A DNA stretch of 64,000 bases from Macrostomum lignano (Eukaryota): contig NIVC01001902.1 in the NCBI GenBank assembly GCA_002269645.1, forward strand, positions 62,001-126,000, written 5' to 3'. Of the stretch, positions 38,735 through 51,050 are shown one piece after another. The translations under genes were made by a program, and so were the position numbers. Each line of letters opens with the position of its first letter. The first letter of the stretch is position 1. The notes under the pieces were generated by a model, which saw only the letters and a program-made list of their open reading frames with translations, made no database searches and was not told where the DNA came from.

Positions 38735-39425
38735 GTGGGGCTGCTACCCCCTGTCCCCAGATCCCTCAGTAGGGCTGCTACCCCCTGCCCTCAGATCCCT
38801 CAGTGGGGTTGCTACCCCCTGCCCTCAGATCCCTCAGTGCGGCTGCTACCCCCTGCCCTCAGATCCCTCAGTGCGGCTGCTACCCCCTGCCCTCAGATCC
38901 CTCAGTGGGGTTGCTACCCCCTGCCCTCAGATCCCTCAGTGGGGTTGCTACCCCTGCCCTTAGATCCCTCAGTGCGGCTGCTACCCCCTGCCCTCAAATC
39001 CCTCAGTGCGGCTGCTACCCCCTGCCCTCAGATCCCTCAGTGCGGCTGCTACCCCCTGTCCCCAGATCCCTCAGTGGGGGTGCTACCCCCTGCCCTCAGA
39101 TCTCTCAGTGGGGGTGCTACCCTCTGCCCTCAGATCCCTCAGTGGGGGTGCTACCCCCTGCCTTCAGATCCCTCAGTGGGGGTGCTACCCACTGCCCTCA
39201 GATCCCTCAGTGGGGGTGCTACCCCCTGCCTTCAGATCCCTCAGTGGGGGTGCTACCCACTGCCCTCAGATCCCTGAGTGGGGGTGCTACCCCCTGCCCT
39301 CAGATCCCTCAGTAGGGCTGCTACTCCCTGCCCTCAGATCCCTGAGCGGGGGTGCTACCCCCTGCCATCAGATCCCTGAGTGGGGGGGTGCTACCCCCTG
39401 CCCTCAGATCGCTGACAGGGGCTGC
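38735..39425 (-). repeat. 34-bp minisatellite tgctaccccctgccctcagatccctcagtggggg
   Basis: Read directly; about 20 copies. Confidence 0.95.
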
Positions 39426-39627
39426 TATACCTCCAACTTTCAGCTTCTCCACAAAGGCAACTACGAGAAAAAACACTAAATTAAAAAAGTGCAAGTGAAA
39501 AGCAACAAGGCAAACGATCTCTGTATTGTAAGCACAAAAAATGGCGTATAAAAATTACAAAAAAACAAGCACAGACAGGACAGAAGGCACGCAAATCGTC
39601 AATCCAGCTTATTTGCAGTAGGAATCA

Positions 39628-42600
39628 TCAATCAGTTGAGGACTCAGTTGACGAATTTGAAGGTCTCGAATCGGCGTTGAACTTGCGACAGTTCTCACCG
39701 TCAGCTGCCGGATCAGCAGCAGCAGCAGGTCGCAGGCAGCAGCAGCCGTGGCCGCACAGGCATTCAGTTTGAAGCTCGCAGTCGCGCACCAGCTGGCAAG
39801 CTTCAGCATCGGTGTCGCACCGACCGCCGGCCAGATGCTTGGCCGTGTCCAGCAGTGACCGGGCATCCAGGCGCTTCATTTCTGGGTCCTTCGACAGAGC
39901 CAGCCAGGGCCTGTCGGACAAAGCGTTGCGGCATTCGGCGGCCAGCTCCGGGCAGCGGAGGCAGCAGGCGGCTACGTGGAGAAGGCGAACGCCGTGGGCT
40001 CGACGGAGCGCTGGGTCGCGCAGGACCGACTGAAAAAGAGGGATGAGGGATTATCAGTCTCAGAGTTGGAGACGATTCTCAGAGTTGGAGACGATTCTCA
40101 GGGTTGGAGACGATTCTCAGAGTTGGAGACGATTCTCAGAGTTGGAGACGATTCTCAGGGTTGGAGACGATTCTCAGAGTTGGAGACGATTCTCAGGGTT
40201 GAAGACGATTCTCAGAGTTGGAGACGATTCTCAGGGTTAGAGACGATTCTCAGGGTTGGAGACGATTCTCAGGGTTAGAGACGATTCTCAGGGTTAGAGA
40301 CGATTCTCAGGGTTGGAGACGATTCTCAGAGTTGGAGACGATTCTCAGAGTTGGAGACGATTCTCAGGGTTGGAGACGATTCTCAGAGTTGGAGACGATT
40401 CTCAGAGTTGGAGACGATTCTCAGGGTTGGAGACGATTCTCAGAGTTGGAGACGATTCTCAGGGTTGGAGACGATTCTCAGAGTTGGAGACGATTCTCAG
40501 GGTTGGAGACGATTCTCAGAGTTGGAGACGATTCTCAGGGTTGGAGACGATTCTCAGAGTTGGAGACGATTCTCAGGGTTGGAGACGATTCTCAGGGTTG
40601 GAGACGATTCTCAGAGTTGGAGACGATTCTCAGGTTGGAGACGATTCTCAGAGTTGGAGACGATTCTCAGGTTGAAGACGATTCTCAGAGTTGGAGACGA
40701 TTCTCAGAGTTGGAGACGATTCTCAAAGAGTTGGGGACGATTCTCAGAGTTGGGGACGATTCTCAAAGAGTTGGGGACGATTCTCAGAGTTGGGGACGAT
40801 TCTCAAAGAGTTGGGGACGATTCTCAGAGTTGGGGAAGATTCTCAGAGTTGGGACGATTCTCAAAGAGTTGGGGACGATTCTCAGAGTTGGAGACGATTT
40901 TAAGAGTTGGAGACGATTCTCAGGGTTGGAGACGATTCTCAAAGAGTTGGGGACGATTCTCAAAGAGTTGGGGACGATTCTCAAAGAGTTGAGACGATTC
41001 TCAGAGTTGGGGACGATTCTCAAAGAGTTGGGGACGATTCTCAAAGAGTTGGGGACGATTCTCAGAGTTGGGGACGATTCTCAAAGAGTTGGGGACGATT
41101 CTCAAAGAGTTGGGGACGATTCTCACAGAGTTGGGGACGATTCTCAGAGTTGGGGACGATTCTCAAAGAGTTGGGGACGATTCTCAAAGAGTTGGGGACG
41201 ATTCTCAGAGAGTTGGGGACGATTCTCAAAGAGTTGGGGACGATTCTCAGAGTTGGAGACGATTTCAGAGTTGGAGACGATTCTCAGGTTGGACGATTCT
41301 CAAAGAGTAGGGGACGATTCTCAGAGTTGGGGACGACTCTCAAAGAGTTGGAGACGATTCTCAGAGTTGGGGACGATTCTCAAAGAGTTGGGGACGATTC
41401 TCAGAGTTGGGGACGATTCTCAAAGAGTTGGGGACGATTCTCAAAGAGTTGGGGACGATTCTCAGAGTTGGAGACGATTCTCAAAGAGTTGAGGACGATT
41501 CTCAGAGTTGGGGACGATTCTCAAAGAGTTGGGGACGATTCTCAAAGAGTTGGGGACGATTCTCAGAGTTGGGGACGTTTCTCAGGGTTGGAGACGATTC
41601 TCAAAGAGTTGAGGACGATTCTCAGAGTTGGGGACGATTCTCAAAGAGTTGGGACGATTCTCAGAGTTGGGGACGATTCTCAGAGAGTTGGGGACGATTC
41701 TCAAAGAGTTGGAGACGATTCTCAGAGTTGGAGACGATTTTCAGGGTTGGAGACGATTCTCAGGTTGGAGACGATTCTCAAAGAGTAGGGGACGATTCTC
41801 AGAGTTGGGGACGATTCTCAAAGAGTTGGAGACGATTCTTAGAGTTGGGGACGATTCTCAAAGAGTTGGGGACGATTCTCAGAGTTGGGGACGATTCTCA
41901 AAGAGTTGGGGACGATTCTCAAAGAGTTGGGGACGATTCTCAGAGTTGGGGACGATTCTCAAAGAGTTGGGGACGATTCTCAAAGAGTTGGGGACGATTC
42001 TCAAAGAGTTGAGGACGATTCTCAGAGTTGGGGACGATTCTCAGAGAGTTGGGGACGATTTTCAAAGAGTTGGGGACGATTCTCAAAGAGTTGGGGACGA
42101 TTCTCAAAGAGTTAATTATTATGCCATTGCCTCAGAAGAAGCAATTTCAAAAATAAAAAACGCAAAAGCGCACCTGAACGCAGCGGACGCACTTGGACTG
42201 GACAGCGGGCGCATCGTAGAACCTGGCCAGAACAGCAAGTTCGGCCACACAGAATAGACTGACTCGAACTCCGGAGCACGGCTGCAACAATGACAGGAAG
42301 CTGTGCAAATCTCTCGGATGAGGCGGCGGCTCCGGCAGCGCCAGGCTCAATAGTCGAGAGTCGAATTTTGAGCATTCAGAAGCGGCGTCCGTGGAGGCAG
42401 CGGCGGCAGCAGCCCGGCTGTGGGCTCGGAACATGGCGGCATCAGCGTAGAAGCGATGCTTGGGCAGGTCCAGGCAGAGCAGACGCTGAGACGGACCGTC
42501 TGGCGGCGGGGGGACGAGGTGACTGACGGAGCAGTCGGACACGCTGGGGACGAGAGTCTCGCTGGCTGAGCGAACGTGCAGCGTCAGGGACAGCGGCAAG

Positions 42601-43279
42601 CAGGGCTCGTGACTGCGATCGGACCGGTTCACGAGGCGGAGGCTGCAGTGGGCGCGCAGATCGGGCCATTGGATTAGCAAGGCCTGGTCTAGGCAGGGCC
42701 GGTCCGTACTCAGCGACTCTTCCGCTTGCAATACCTGGGCGCGTTGGAGAGACTTTGGCTGCTTATGTTTGATTATCGGATTATCGGATTGTGGATCTGG
42801 ATTATCGGATTGGGGATCTGGATTATCGGATTTGGGATCTGGATTATCGGATTTGGGATTTGGATTATCGGACTTGGGATCTTAGTTTTCAAATGAAGGA
42901 TCTGGATTCCTTTTACATTTGGATTATGGTTACGGAATCTAGATAAATAAATTAAAGATCAATAAATCCACCCCCAATAAGCCGCTCTAACCAGACAGTT
43001 GGCAAAGCGCAGCGCTATATTGGCTCTCAGGCGCCACACTCGCGCCCGGCGCGGCCGCAGCCGCAATCGACAACGCAACGCGTGCCCGGCGCCAGATCCG
43101 GAGCGGCGCAGAGTCAGGCTGAAAGTGAAAAATTTGCCAAACAGAGTCGGCGGCAGATCCGGCAAGGTCAACTCGCTGCCCGGATGCGACAGGCTCTCGA
43201 ATGAGCGGAACCAGGGGCAGAGGAACTCGCTCCTGTGCGGATCGAAGTCGTTGACATGCTGCACCGGCGGTCGCCACTC
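39628..43279 (-). CDS. MATH- and BTB-domain protein (BATH/SPOP-like architecture); exons 42992-43279, 42174-42734, 39628-40029; 5' start not found
   Basis: All junctions are phase 0 (416 codons plus TGA). MATH-like: LRCRLRLRP...WRLRANIALRFANCL...LLIQWPDL...LSLTLHV. BTB-like: LDLPKHRFYADAAMFRAHS...LHSFLSLLQP...LAVLARFYDAPAVQSKC. A post-BTB helical segment follows (LLHVAACCLRCPELAAECRNAL). Confidence 0.7.
40055..42112. repeat. 19/21-bp minisatellite (aa)gagttgg(a/g)gacgattctca filling a MATH-BTB intron
   Basis: Read directly; source of ORFs such as 40218..41492. Confidence 0.97.
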
Positions 43280-43384
43280 CTGCAAAGTTCAATTGGTGAC
43301 GATTTTTGTTATATTAAATTCAGTAAGAGATTGCGAGTTTGCACCTGCAACCCTATTCTCCACCCGAATCCTAAAACCCCAAAA

Positions 43385-43640
43385 CCTTACCTGAACCCTG
43401 AAACCTCACCTGAACCTTAAAATCTCACCTGAATTCTAAAACCTCACCTGAACCCTAAAATCTCACCTGAATTCTAAAACCTCACCTGAATTCTAAAACC
43501 TCACCTAAACCTTAAAATCTCACCTGAACCCTGAAACCTCACCTGAACCCTAAAACCCCACCTGAACCCTAAAACCTCAACTGAACCCTAAAACCCTACC
43601 AGAACCCTAAAACCTTAACTCTAAAACCTTACCTGAACCC
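43385..43640. repeat. 19-bp minisatellite cacctgaaccctaaaacct
   Basis: Read directly. Confidence 0.88.
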
Positions 43641-44029
43641 TCTTTACACACAGACACACATCGTGACATCACATACCCATGGCAACTGTACATCCCAAAA
43701 ATCCTAATCCTAGCTTCAAAATGAGAAAAATTGATTTTTCAAAGTTAATAACTTCATGTAGCAAACTACCATGACTACTACCAAACGAAAAGTAAAATAT
43801 GTATCAACGACTTCAAAACGATTTCATTTACAGAATAAGTTTATTTACAATAAAAATAACAATATTTATTTAGGAAAGCTGTTACTAACACAAATAGAAC
43901 AATTTTTCACATATAGTTGGTTGATAAAACTTAACAAATTTACAACATTATACATTAAACACTTAAAATAACATTTATTAACAAAACTAATGTGATTAAC
44001 AAGAAAAATTCAATCTAGCTAATTAAGTT

Positions 44030-44385
44030 TGGGACTGGGACTTCAAGACACACATATTCTGATTGCTTGGATTCGGGACTCTGGACTTCAAGACACGGAT
44101 TCTGATTGTTTGGATTTGGGACTTCAACACACACGGATTCTAATTGCTTGGATTCGGGACTGGGACTTCAAGACACAAGGATTCTGACTGCTTGGATTTC
44201 GGACTCGGGACTGAGGATTTCAACACACACGGATTCTAATTGCTTGGATTCGGGACTCGGGACCGAGGACTTCAAGACACACAGATTCTGATTGCTTGGA
44301 TTCGGGACTTGGGACCGAGGACTTCAAGACACACAGATTCTGATTGCTTGGATTCGGGACTGGGGACTTTAAGACACACGGATTT
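44030..44385. repeat. About 45-50-bp degenerate tandem repeat (ttggattcgggact...acttcaagacacacagattctgattgc)
   Basis: Read directly. Confidence 0.85.
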
Positions 44386-44476
44386 CACTGAATTTTTTTC
44401 TTCAGGTCATAAAGCTACAAACTAATTTATAATTCTTCAAGGAACCTTAGCACCAGGTTAAAAATATAGTCGATAA

Positions 44477-44482
44477 TTTATT
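44477..44482 (-). terminator. Candidate polyadenylation signal of MZT2
   Basis: Plus-strand tttatt is AATAAA on the minus strand, just after the stop codon at 44496. Confidence 0.5.
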
Positions 44483-44495
44483 TTCAAGCAGCAAT

Positions 44496-44705
44496 TCATT
44501 GCCGTTGTTGCCTCAAGTTAGCTTCCTCTCTGGCCACCGCTTGCAGCACCCCAAACACGGTGGTAGGTGAGCACTGCAGTCTGAGCAGGCCAAGGAGGTT
44601 GCGCAACACCCGAGGATTCAATGGCGTGCCAGCTAGGTAAGCCAGGTTGTAGAGAGCCAACTCTTCCTGTGTGAGCTGCTCAACTCGCAGTGGTCTGGAG
44701 TCCAT
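44496..44705 (-). CDS. MZT2: Mitotic-spindle organizing protein 2 (MOZART2) homolog, 69 aa, single exon
   Basis: LTQEELALYNLAYLAGTPLNPRVLRNLLGLLRLQCSPTTVFGVLQAV matches the MZT2 pattern L..EE..LY.LA..AG....P.V...L..LL.L...P..VF..L as recalled from the human protein; AATAAA lies 14 nt after the stop. Confidence 0.85.
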   Translation of the reverse strand: MDSRPLRVEQLTQEELALYNLAYLAGTPLNPRVLRNLLGLLRLQCSPTTVFGVLQAVAREEANLRQQRQ

Positions 44706-47643
44706 CGAGTTTTAGATTCTTAATAATAATCTGGTCAGCAGATTTAACAACTGTAACTGCAATTTATCAGTTTATAGTTTATCAGCAACAATTAGTGAAA
44801 CACAAGTCGAAGACATTCAACAGAGTCTGCAATTAATTAACCAAGGTAGATACAGTCATTAAGCCAAGTTGACTGTGGCATATTACTACTTAAAGCATAA
44901 GCCTACCTAAGAAAGTTACCATTTAGAACTCGGAAAAAAATGAAATCACAGGTTATTTAAATTATGAAGTAACTCGTAAAAAAAGCAAAATGTGTATTTT
45001 CTCACACTGGTATATAATATGTGCCAAAAACTGGCCAACCTGACTAAAAGCTTAAATAAGTAAAATTGGCTAAAGTGAAATTTAGAGGTTGGGCATTTAT
45101 GCAATGGTAGGCCCTATAGCTAAAATCTAGGCTTTTATATGGGCTTTAACTACCTTTTTATAATGAAAATGTATACAGTCAAGTAAAGCTAGTTTTTTCT
45201 TTCTTTATTGTAGAAAAGCAAAAAGGTGAATTTTATTTTTTTTAAATATAACTTTATAAAATAATAATATATTATTTTTCAATTTTTAAAGTGAGCTAAA
45301 TAGTAGATATTGCTCCTTCTAGAGCATTATGGACATACAAATATTAGAGATTTAGTATATTTAGATTATATAGGATCCTGAGCCCAATCCCAAAGTTTCA
45401 AGATCCAAGGAAAATTGGATTCCCATGGGATTAGAATCCTAACCCTAAAAAATAGGAATTGAGAATATATATTTTGATTGAAAATTTACAAAATGAGTGA
45501 TTACCTGAATGCATTTTGTTTTAACTTATTACTTGTTACTTTTGTTACTTATGTGTATTAGTTCTTATAGTAGTCAATTAATATTATATCTGTTATTGTG
45601 TCTCTTCTTTACAACTTGAAATGAGGGACTTATTAACTATTGTTGGTATACTAAAACCTGATCTGATCCCAATCCCCAAACCCTATTCAGTCCTTAACCT
45701 AAGAAAAAAAATATTGATCCTAATCCCACCCAATGTCAATGATTTCAATCCCATCTAACCTCTATTATATAGCCTTTTAGGCTAGCTGGTTAGACTAGCC
45801 AAATGATATTTGTAGCAATAAAACCTTGGCCTTGGCTGGTTTTATGTACACCATAACTAACCATGGGATTTTTAAGCATATTGCATATATTATCCACACT
45901 ATTAGATTATATGGCCAAGATATTTAATAAGGCTGTTATACTTCTATAGAAGTATAGATAGATATAAAAGTCTATTATATCTTGGGTAATTGGTATAAAG
46001 TTATTTTATAATCTTTTAACTTTAAAGACTTCTTGGATACGATAGATTTATAGGATATATAAAATGAAAATTAATTGAATTTTAATATTTTAACTGAGAA
46101 GATCTATGAACATCAATAGAGTAAATTGTAATAGAGTTGAAATATAATAGGCTTCATTTATACTCTTAGAAAATTCATTTTTTTACTAATTTGTTATGCT
46201 ATTCAAATATTAAAAATAGTTTGTATATTCTAAATATTATCATATATTTTCTCTTTAAACAGTAAAGAAAATTTTATTATGAATAAGAATAGCAGAAAAA
46301 ATCAAATAAACATGACCATGCTTTTATAACTTAAACTAAGTTTTAATTGAGCTTTGAGCTTTTTAATATCTCTCCAACAATTTTAATTTGGAGACAAAAT
46401 TTATAATTAGCCCTAAGGCTAGTGGTTATTCTTGTGTTATATATTTTTAAATAATAGATTAGAATCTAGATGGTAACATAATAATAGTAATAGCCTTAAA
46501 GACAAAGAGAATAAACTATTGAGAATAAGATTTCTAAATTTAGAAGCCTTATAAATGTATAATTATTTTATTTGTAGTTCACAAATAAAAGTTTTGCAAA
46601 AATGCTAAGAAAAATAAGTTTTGTTTTATTGCTTGAATAAATACATTAATTATTGTTTTGTTTTAAATGTATAGGAAAATTTGCCTATATAAAAAAACAA
46701 ATTTTGCTATGAAATAAACAACCATCTTGCACCCTTGCATAGCTTGACTGCTTGAAGCACTTGGTTCACTATTATTACTCAGAAATTTGGGAGAGTTAAG
46801 AATGACTTAGTCATTTGGGGAAAGGATTCTAAGAAAAGGTTCAAGGAAGTTATAAAAAAGATATTTTGGAAAGCAATACTTAAGAGTAGTGCCATGACCC
46901 TCTGATCTTGGTGAAGCCCAATTGGACTAACTCATGTACTAGTCTATACCATATATGATGTAGTGCAGTAGTACAGAACTATAAAAAGGTCCTTTAATAT
47001 TGCAATGCCTCATGGGCCCTGCATGTAAAGCATAACTGCTAGTTGCACACCATGCGCAACTTCCATGGCAGCTGAAAAATGTTCCCATGCAGCCGGCATA
47101 TCTACAAGACTTATGGCTTAAACAAAACTTTGTTAATAGTTTGAGATAATAAAACTTGGATTAATTTATATGAAAGTGACTTGCTTTATTTAAGAGATAC
47201 AATAAAATATATTAAAATATACACAGCATACCATTGTAGGCGGCGTAGGCCTATATAAACTATTATACCCTAATATTTTAATACACTATTCTTTTGTATC
47301 CGGATACTCAACTATAAGGCAAAAAATTAAAAGATGAACAATGGGTCTAACTCTTAGTCTTAGGTCTATCTATCCAGGATAGAATCTTTGCATAGAGATG
47401 TTGGAACTAAAAAGTTGCATGAATTTTTTACCTTAATACAAAATCATGCAAGCTTCTTTAACAAATAAAAGCTATGCATATATAAACCTTTAATTGAAGA
47501 GTTATGCAAGTTTGCTAGAAATGTGTGCAAGTGCACAAGCTTTTGTCAATGCACACAGAACACATCTAAGATTTTGTACAAAATTCCATCCTGGTATTTT
47601 ATCAAAAGTATGCCTATACGGCTAAAGGCTATATTATATATAT

Positions 47644-48420
47644 GGTTCCTGGACACTTTGTCATCTTACCATTTCGTCATCCATGGTTTTTGGATGCTTT
47701 GTCATATCAAAAAAAATGTTAGTAAATCTAGATGACGAAGTGACCAAATTTTGAGGACACTTCGTCATCCCAAGATTTAGCAACGCTGTAAATTGTTATT
47801 TGATTGTTATTGTTATAAATTGTTACTCAATCATATTAGTCAATTTTGTCTGTTGTCGCTATAATTGGTATCCAATGTACACAATGTATATGCAGTTTGC
47901 ATACGCACACTTTAATGTACAAGTACATACGTAGATACTAGTGCTCATTGTAATTTTGTTCTATGTTCAAACTTGCCAAGCTCTAATAATTATTTTTGCT
48001 TCCTTGCTAAAGCCTAAAATTGGCATTATCACTTCTACAACCCAGGGGAGGCAACAAAGTATGTGGCCATGGATTTCTCCTTGCTCCACCTGCAGAGACT
48101 TAACTAGGCCTAACCCTTGAATCACAACCCCATACAATCTGAGCTAGAGTGATGTTACGTAATGGATTTCTCCTTGCTCCATCCTCCATGTATATGGATA
48201 GGGGCCTACATGTATAATGTTTAATATTTATCTTTATATAGTTATGTAGTTGCATGTACGAGTATACATGTTACATATAGCAAAGTTTTTCATACAAAAA
48301 GTGGATGACGAAGTGTCCAGGGAGTAGATGACGAAGTGTCCAAATTAGTAAGTAGATGACGAAGTGGTAAGATGACGAAATGTCAAATAATAAGAGTGGA
48401 TGACGAAGTGTCCAGGAACC
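47644..48420. mobile_element. 777-bp MITE with GG termini and subterminal gatgacgaagtg repeats (ISL2EU/Harbinger-like)
   Basis: TIR ggttcctggacactttgtcatc and gatgacgaagtgtccaggaacc (1 mismatch in 22); both flanks read atatatat. Confidence 0.8.
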
Positions 48421-49466
48421 ATATATATAACAGATGGAATCCTACATACAATTTCCAGAATATATTTTTGAAATGTAGGCCTTATTTTTCGAAGTTTCCT
48501 GTCTTTATACTTGAGTAGTCCTTACTATCAACGTACCCAGGCCAGGCTCAAGACAACAAGATGGTCCTGATCTGATCTCAGTGATCTTTAATAAGTCCAA
48601 AAAGTAAGTTAATATTAATCAATTAATGTAGGCCTAGATATATTATAGATCTAGGCAATATACCAACCAAGCCATCGATCTATTCATCTATTCAAGGACT
48701 TCGATTTAGATTATTTGTTTAAAAGCAATGAAATTAAAATCTATGCCTTTATAGGCTTTTTAATAGGCTTATAGCCTTTTTATCATGCAAATGCAACTGT
48801 GCAAGGCGAAGGTTTTCTTAGAATAAAGGTAAAGAATTCGGTATCCAGTCCATCCGGCGACAGGACGATCCGGTGGGGTCGTTCTCAAAACTTCGGTTCA
48901 ATGTAGTATAACAAATCTCAGCAACTTATTAAAATATTGCACTGTCCTGCGACTTTTTAGGAAGTGTTTGTTAACAAAAATAAATAAAAGCAAAGGTTTT
49001 ATACGGGAAAAATCTAATAAAGAAGCTGTTATCAGCTTTAATATGCCAAATTGAAGTTATCGCGCTGTCAAATCATACGTTTTTGTGAATGAAGCCAATC
49101 AAGTTTTTGCAAAAAGAGTCAATTTTCTTAGCCACAGCAAAAACTTTTGCAGCAATTGTATTTTTAAGAAGTAATGCACATCCTAAATATCCATTTGGTT
49201 CCTTTTCACTGCTTAAGTTGGCTAAATAACATTAAAAATTACGAATTTGTAAATTTCCAAATTCAGACAGCATGTGATAAACCGGTTGATAAATTAATGG
49301 AAACGAATCTTCATTGAAAATATTTTTATTAGTGAAAGCATTAGTTCAAACATTTATGCTTTCAGCCTTATTTAAAGTATAGTCTAGTGTTTAGAAAGCC
49401 TTTCATTAAAAAGTATTTTGATAATTTACAAAAATATCCACTATCAGAGAGCACAGTTTTCATTCT

Positions 49467-50110
49467 ATAAGTGCACTATAACTCAGACCTCGAAAATCAT
49501 TTGAAAACAAAACTTCACACACATAAGGCACCCATCCTGAGGTGGTGCAAAAGTAATAATTTTAAAAAAATTGAATAACCGTATTGGTATAGTAAGCAAT
49601 AATGTCAATATTTAAGCATTTTTTTCATAAATTTAGTCTATAAGTGCAGTATAACTCAGACTTGGACAAACAAATCAAGACAAAACTTCACACACATAAA
49701 GCATCCATCCTAAGGTGGTGCAAAAATCCACATTTTCTAAAATTTGAATAATTGTATGGGTATAGTAAGCAATAATGTCAATATTTAAGCATTTTTTCAT
49801 AAATTTAGTCTATAAGTGCAGTATAACTCAGACTTGGACAAACAAATCAAGACAAAACTTCACACACATAAAGCATCCATCCTAAGGTGGTGCAAAAGTT
49901 ATACTGTTTTAAATTGTGAATAAGTATCTGGGTAATAATAAGCAATAATGTCAATATTTAGGCTTTTTTTATTAATTTTGTCTATAAGTGCAGTATAACT
50001 CAGGCTTGGAGAACTAAATCAAGACAAAACTTCACACACAAAGAACCCACCCTAAGGTGGTGCAAAAGCTATAATATTTTGTATTTTTAAGATGCAATTG
50101 TGTATAAGAA
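49467..50110. repeat. 172-bp tandem repeat, about 4 copies, inside the 3.68-kb element
   Basis: ataagtgca(c/g)tataactcag recurs at 49467, 49640, 49812 and 49984. Confidence 0.9.
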
Positions 50111-50365
50111 GTATAAATAATATCATTATTTAGGGATTTTTTAGATTTTTCAATGTGAAAAAAAGTCAGATTGTACAACTCTTTTAGTAACAGGACTTCT
50201 CTCGCATAAAATAGCTAATCTTGAAGCTTTAAATTCAAAATGATCTGCACGGTTTCTGTTTTCATTTAAGTTTATATTATGTTGGTGTTCTTTAATAAAC
50301 TATCTGTGCACATACCCCCTGGTATGTGATTCGTTATCTTTTTAAGTAGCCTCTGTAAATATTTT

Positions 50366-50579
50366 GGGACGCTAGATTTCGCGCGACTGGATTTCACGTG
50401 ATTGGATTTCGCGTGACTGGATTTCACGTGATTGGATTTCGCGTGACTGGATTTCACACGACTGAATTTAAATACATTTACAACAACAAATACTTCCATC
50501 TAAACCTTCTAGTCTAACTCGAATCCAGTCGCGCGAAATCCAGTCGCTCGTAATCCAGTCCCGCAATTTCTAGCGTCCC
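50366..50579. mobile_element. 214-bp MITE nested in the 3.68-kb element
   Basis: TIR gggacgctaga and tctagcgtccc; 15-bp subterminal repeats gactggatttcgcgt, inverted at the right end; flanks aatatttt and aatatatt. Confidence 0.75.
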
Positions 50580-50698
50580 AATATATTTTAAAACTCATTC
50601 AATGATGATCTCCAGCAGGAAATAGAAGGAAAATAGGAGAGAAAATCAGGCAACCAGCACTTTCAGATAAGAATATGGGGGATCCCGCACGATTTAAG

Positions 50699-51050
50699 CT
50701 AGAGGCGGCAATCCTGCGGACCAAATAAGGCCCTCAAAGCCCTCGGGTTCTTTAAAACTTCACAATAGAAATCCGGCCCGCTCAAGTTTTGTGTCTCTTT
50801 TCAGCTCTCTTCTCTCCTCTCTTCTTCTCTCCTCTCCTTTCCTCTCACCTCTCTCTCCTCTCCTCTCCTCTCTCCCCTTCTCTCCCTTCTCTCTTCTCTC
50901 GTCGCCTCTCCTCTCGTCTTCTCTCCTCTCCCTTTTCTTTCTTCTCCTCTCCTCTCCTTTCCTCCTCTCTTTTTCTTCTTCCTTCTCTACTCTCTCCTCT
51001 CCTAATTCATTTCTCTTCTCTTCACCTCTCTTCTCCTTTATTCCCTTGCC
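50699..51050. mobile_element. Fourth copy of the hAT-like MITE, nested in the 3.68-kb element
   Basis: ctagaggcggcaatcc...ccctcgggttctttaaaacttcacaatagaaatccggcccgctcaag followed by a CT tract. Confidence 0.55.

Noticed and set aside
40043-42257. Overlapping plus-strand ORFs up to 424 aa
   Set aside because: They are stop-free frames of the 19/21-bp minisatellite inside a MATH-BTB intron.
43385-43640. Interstitial telomere (ccctaa motifs)
   Set aside because: The motif is part of a 19-bp unit, not a (TTAGGG)n run.
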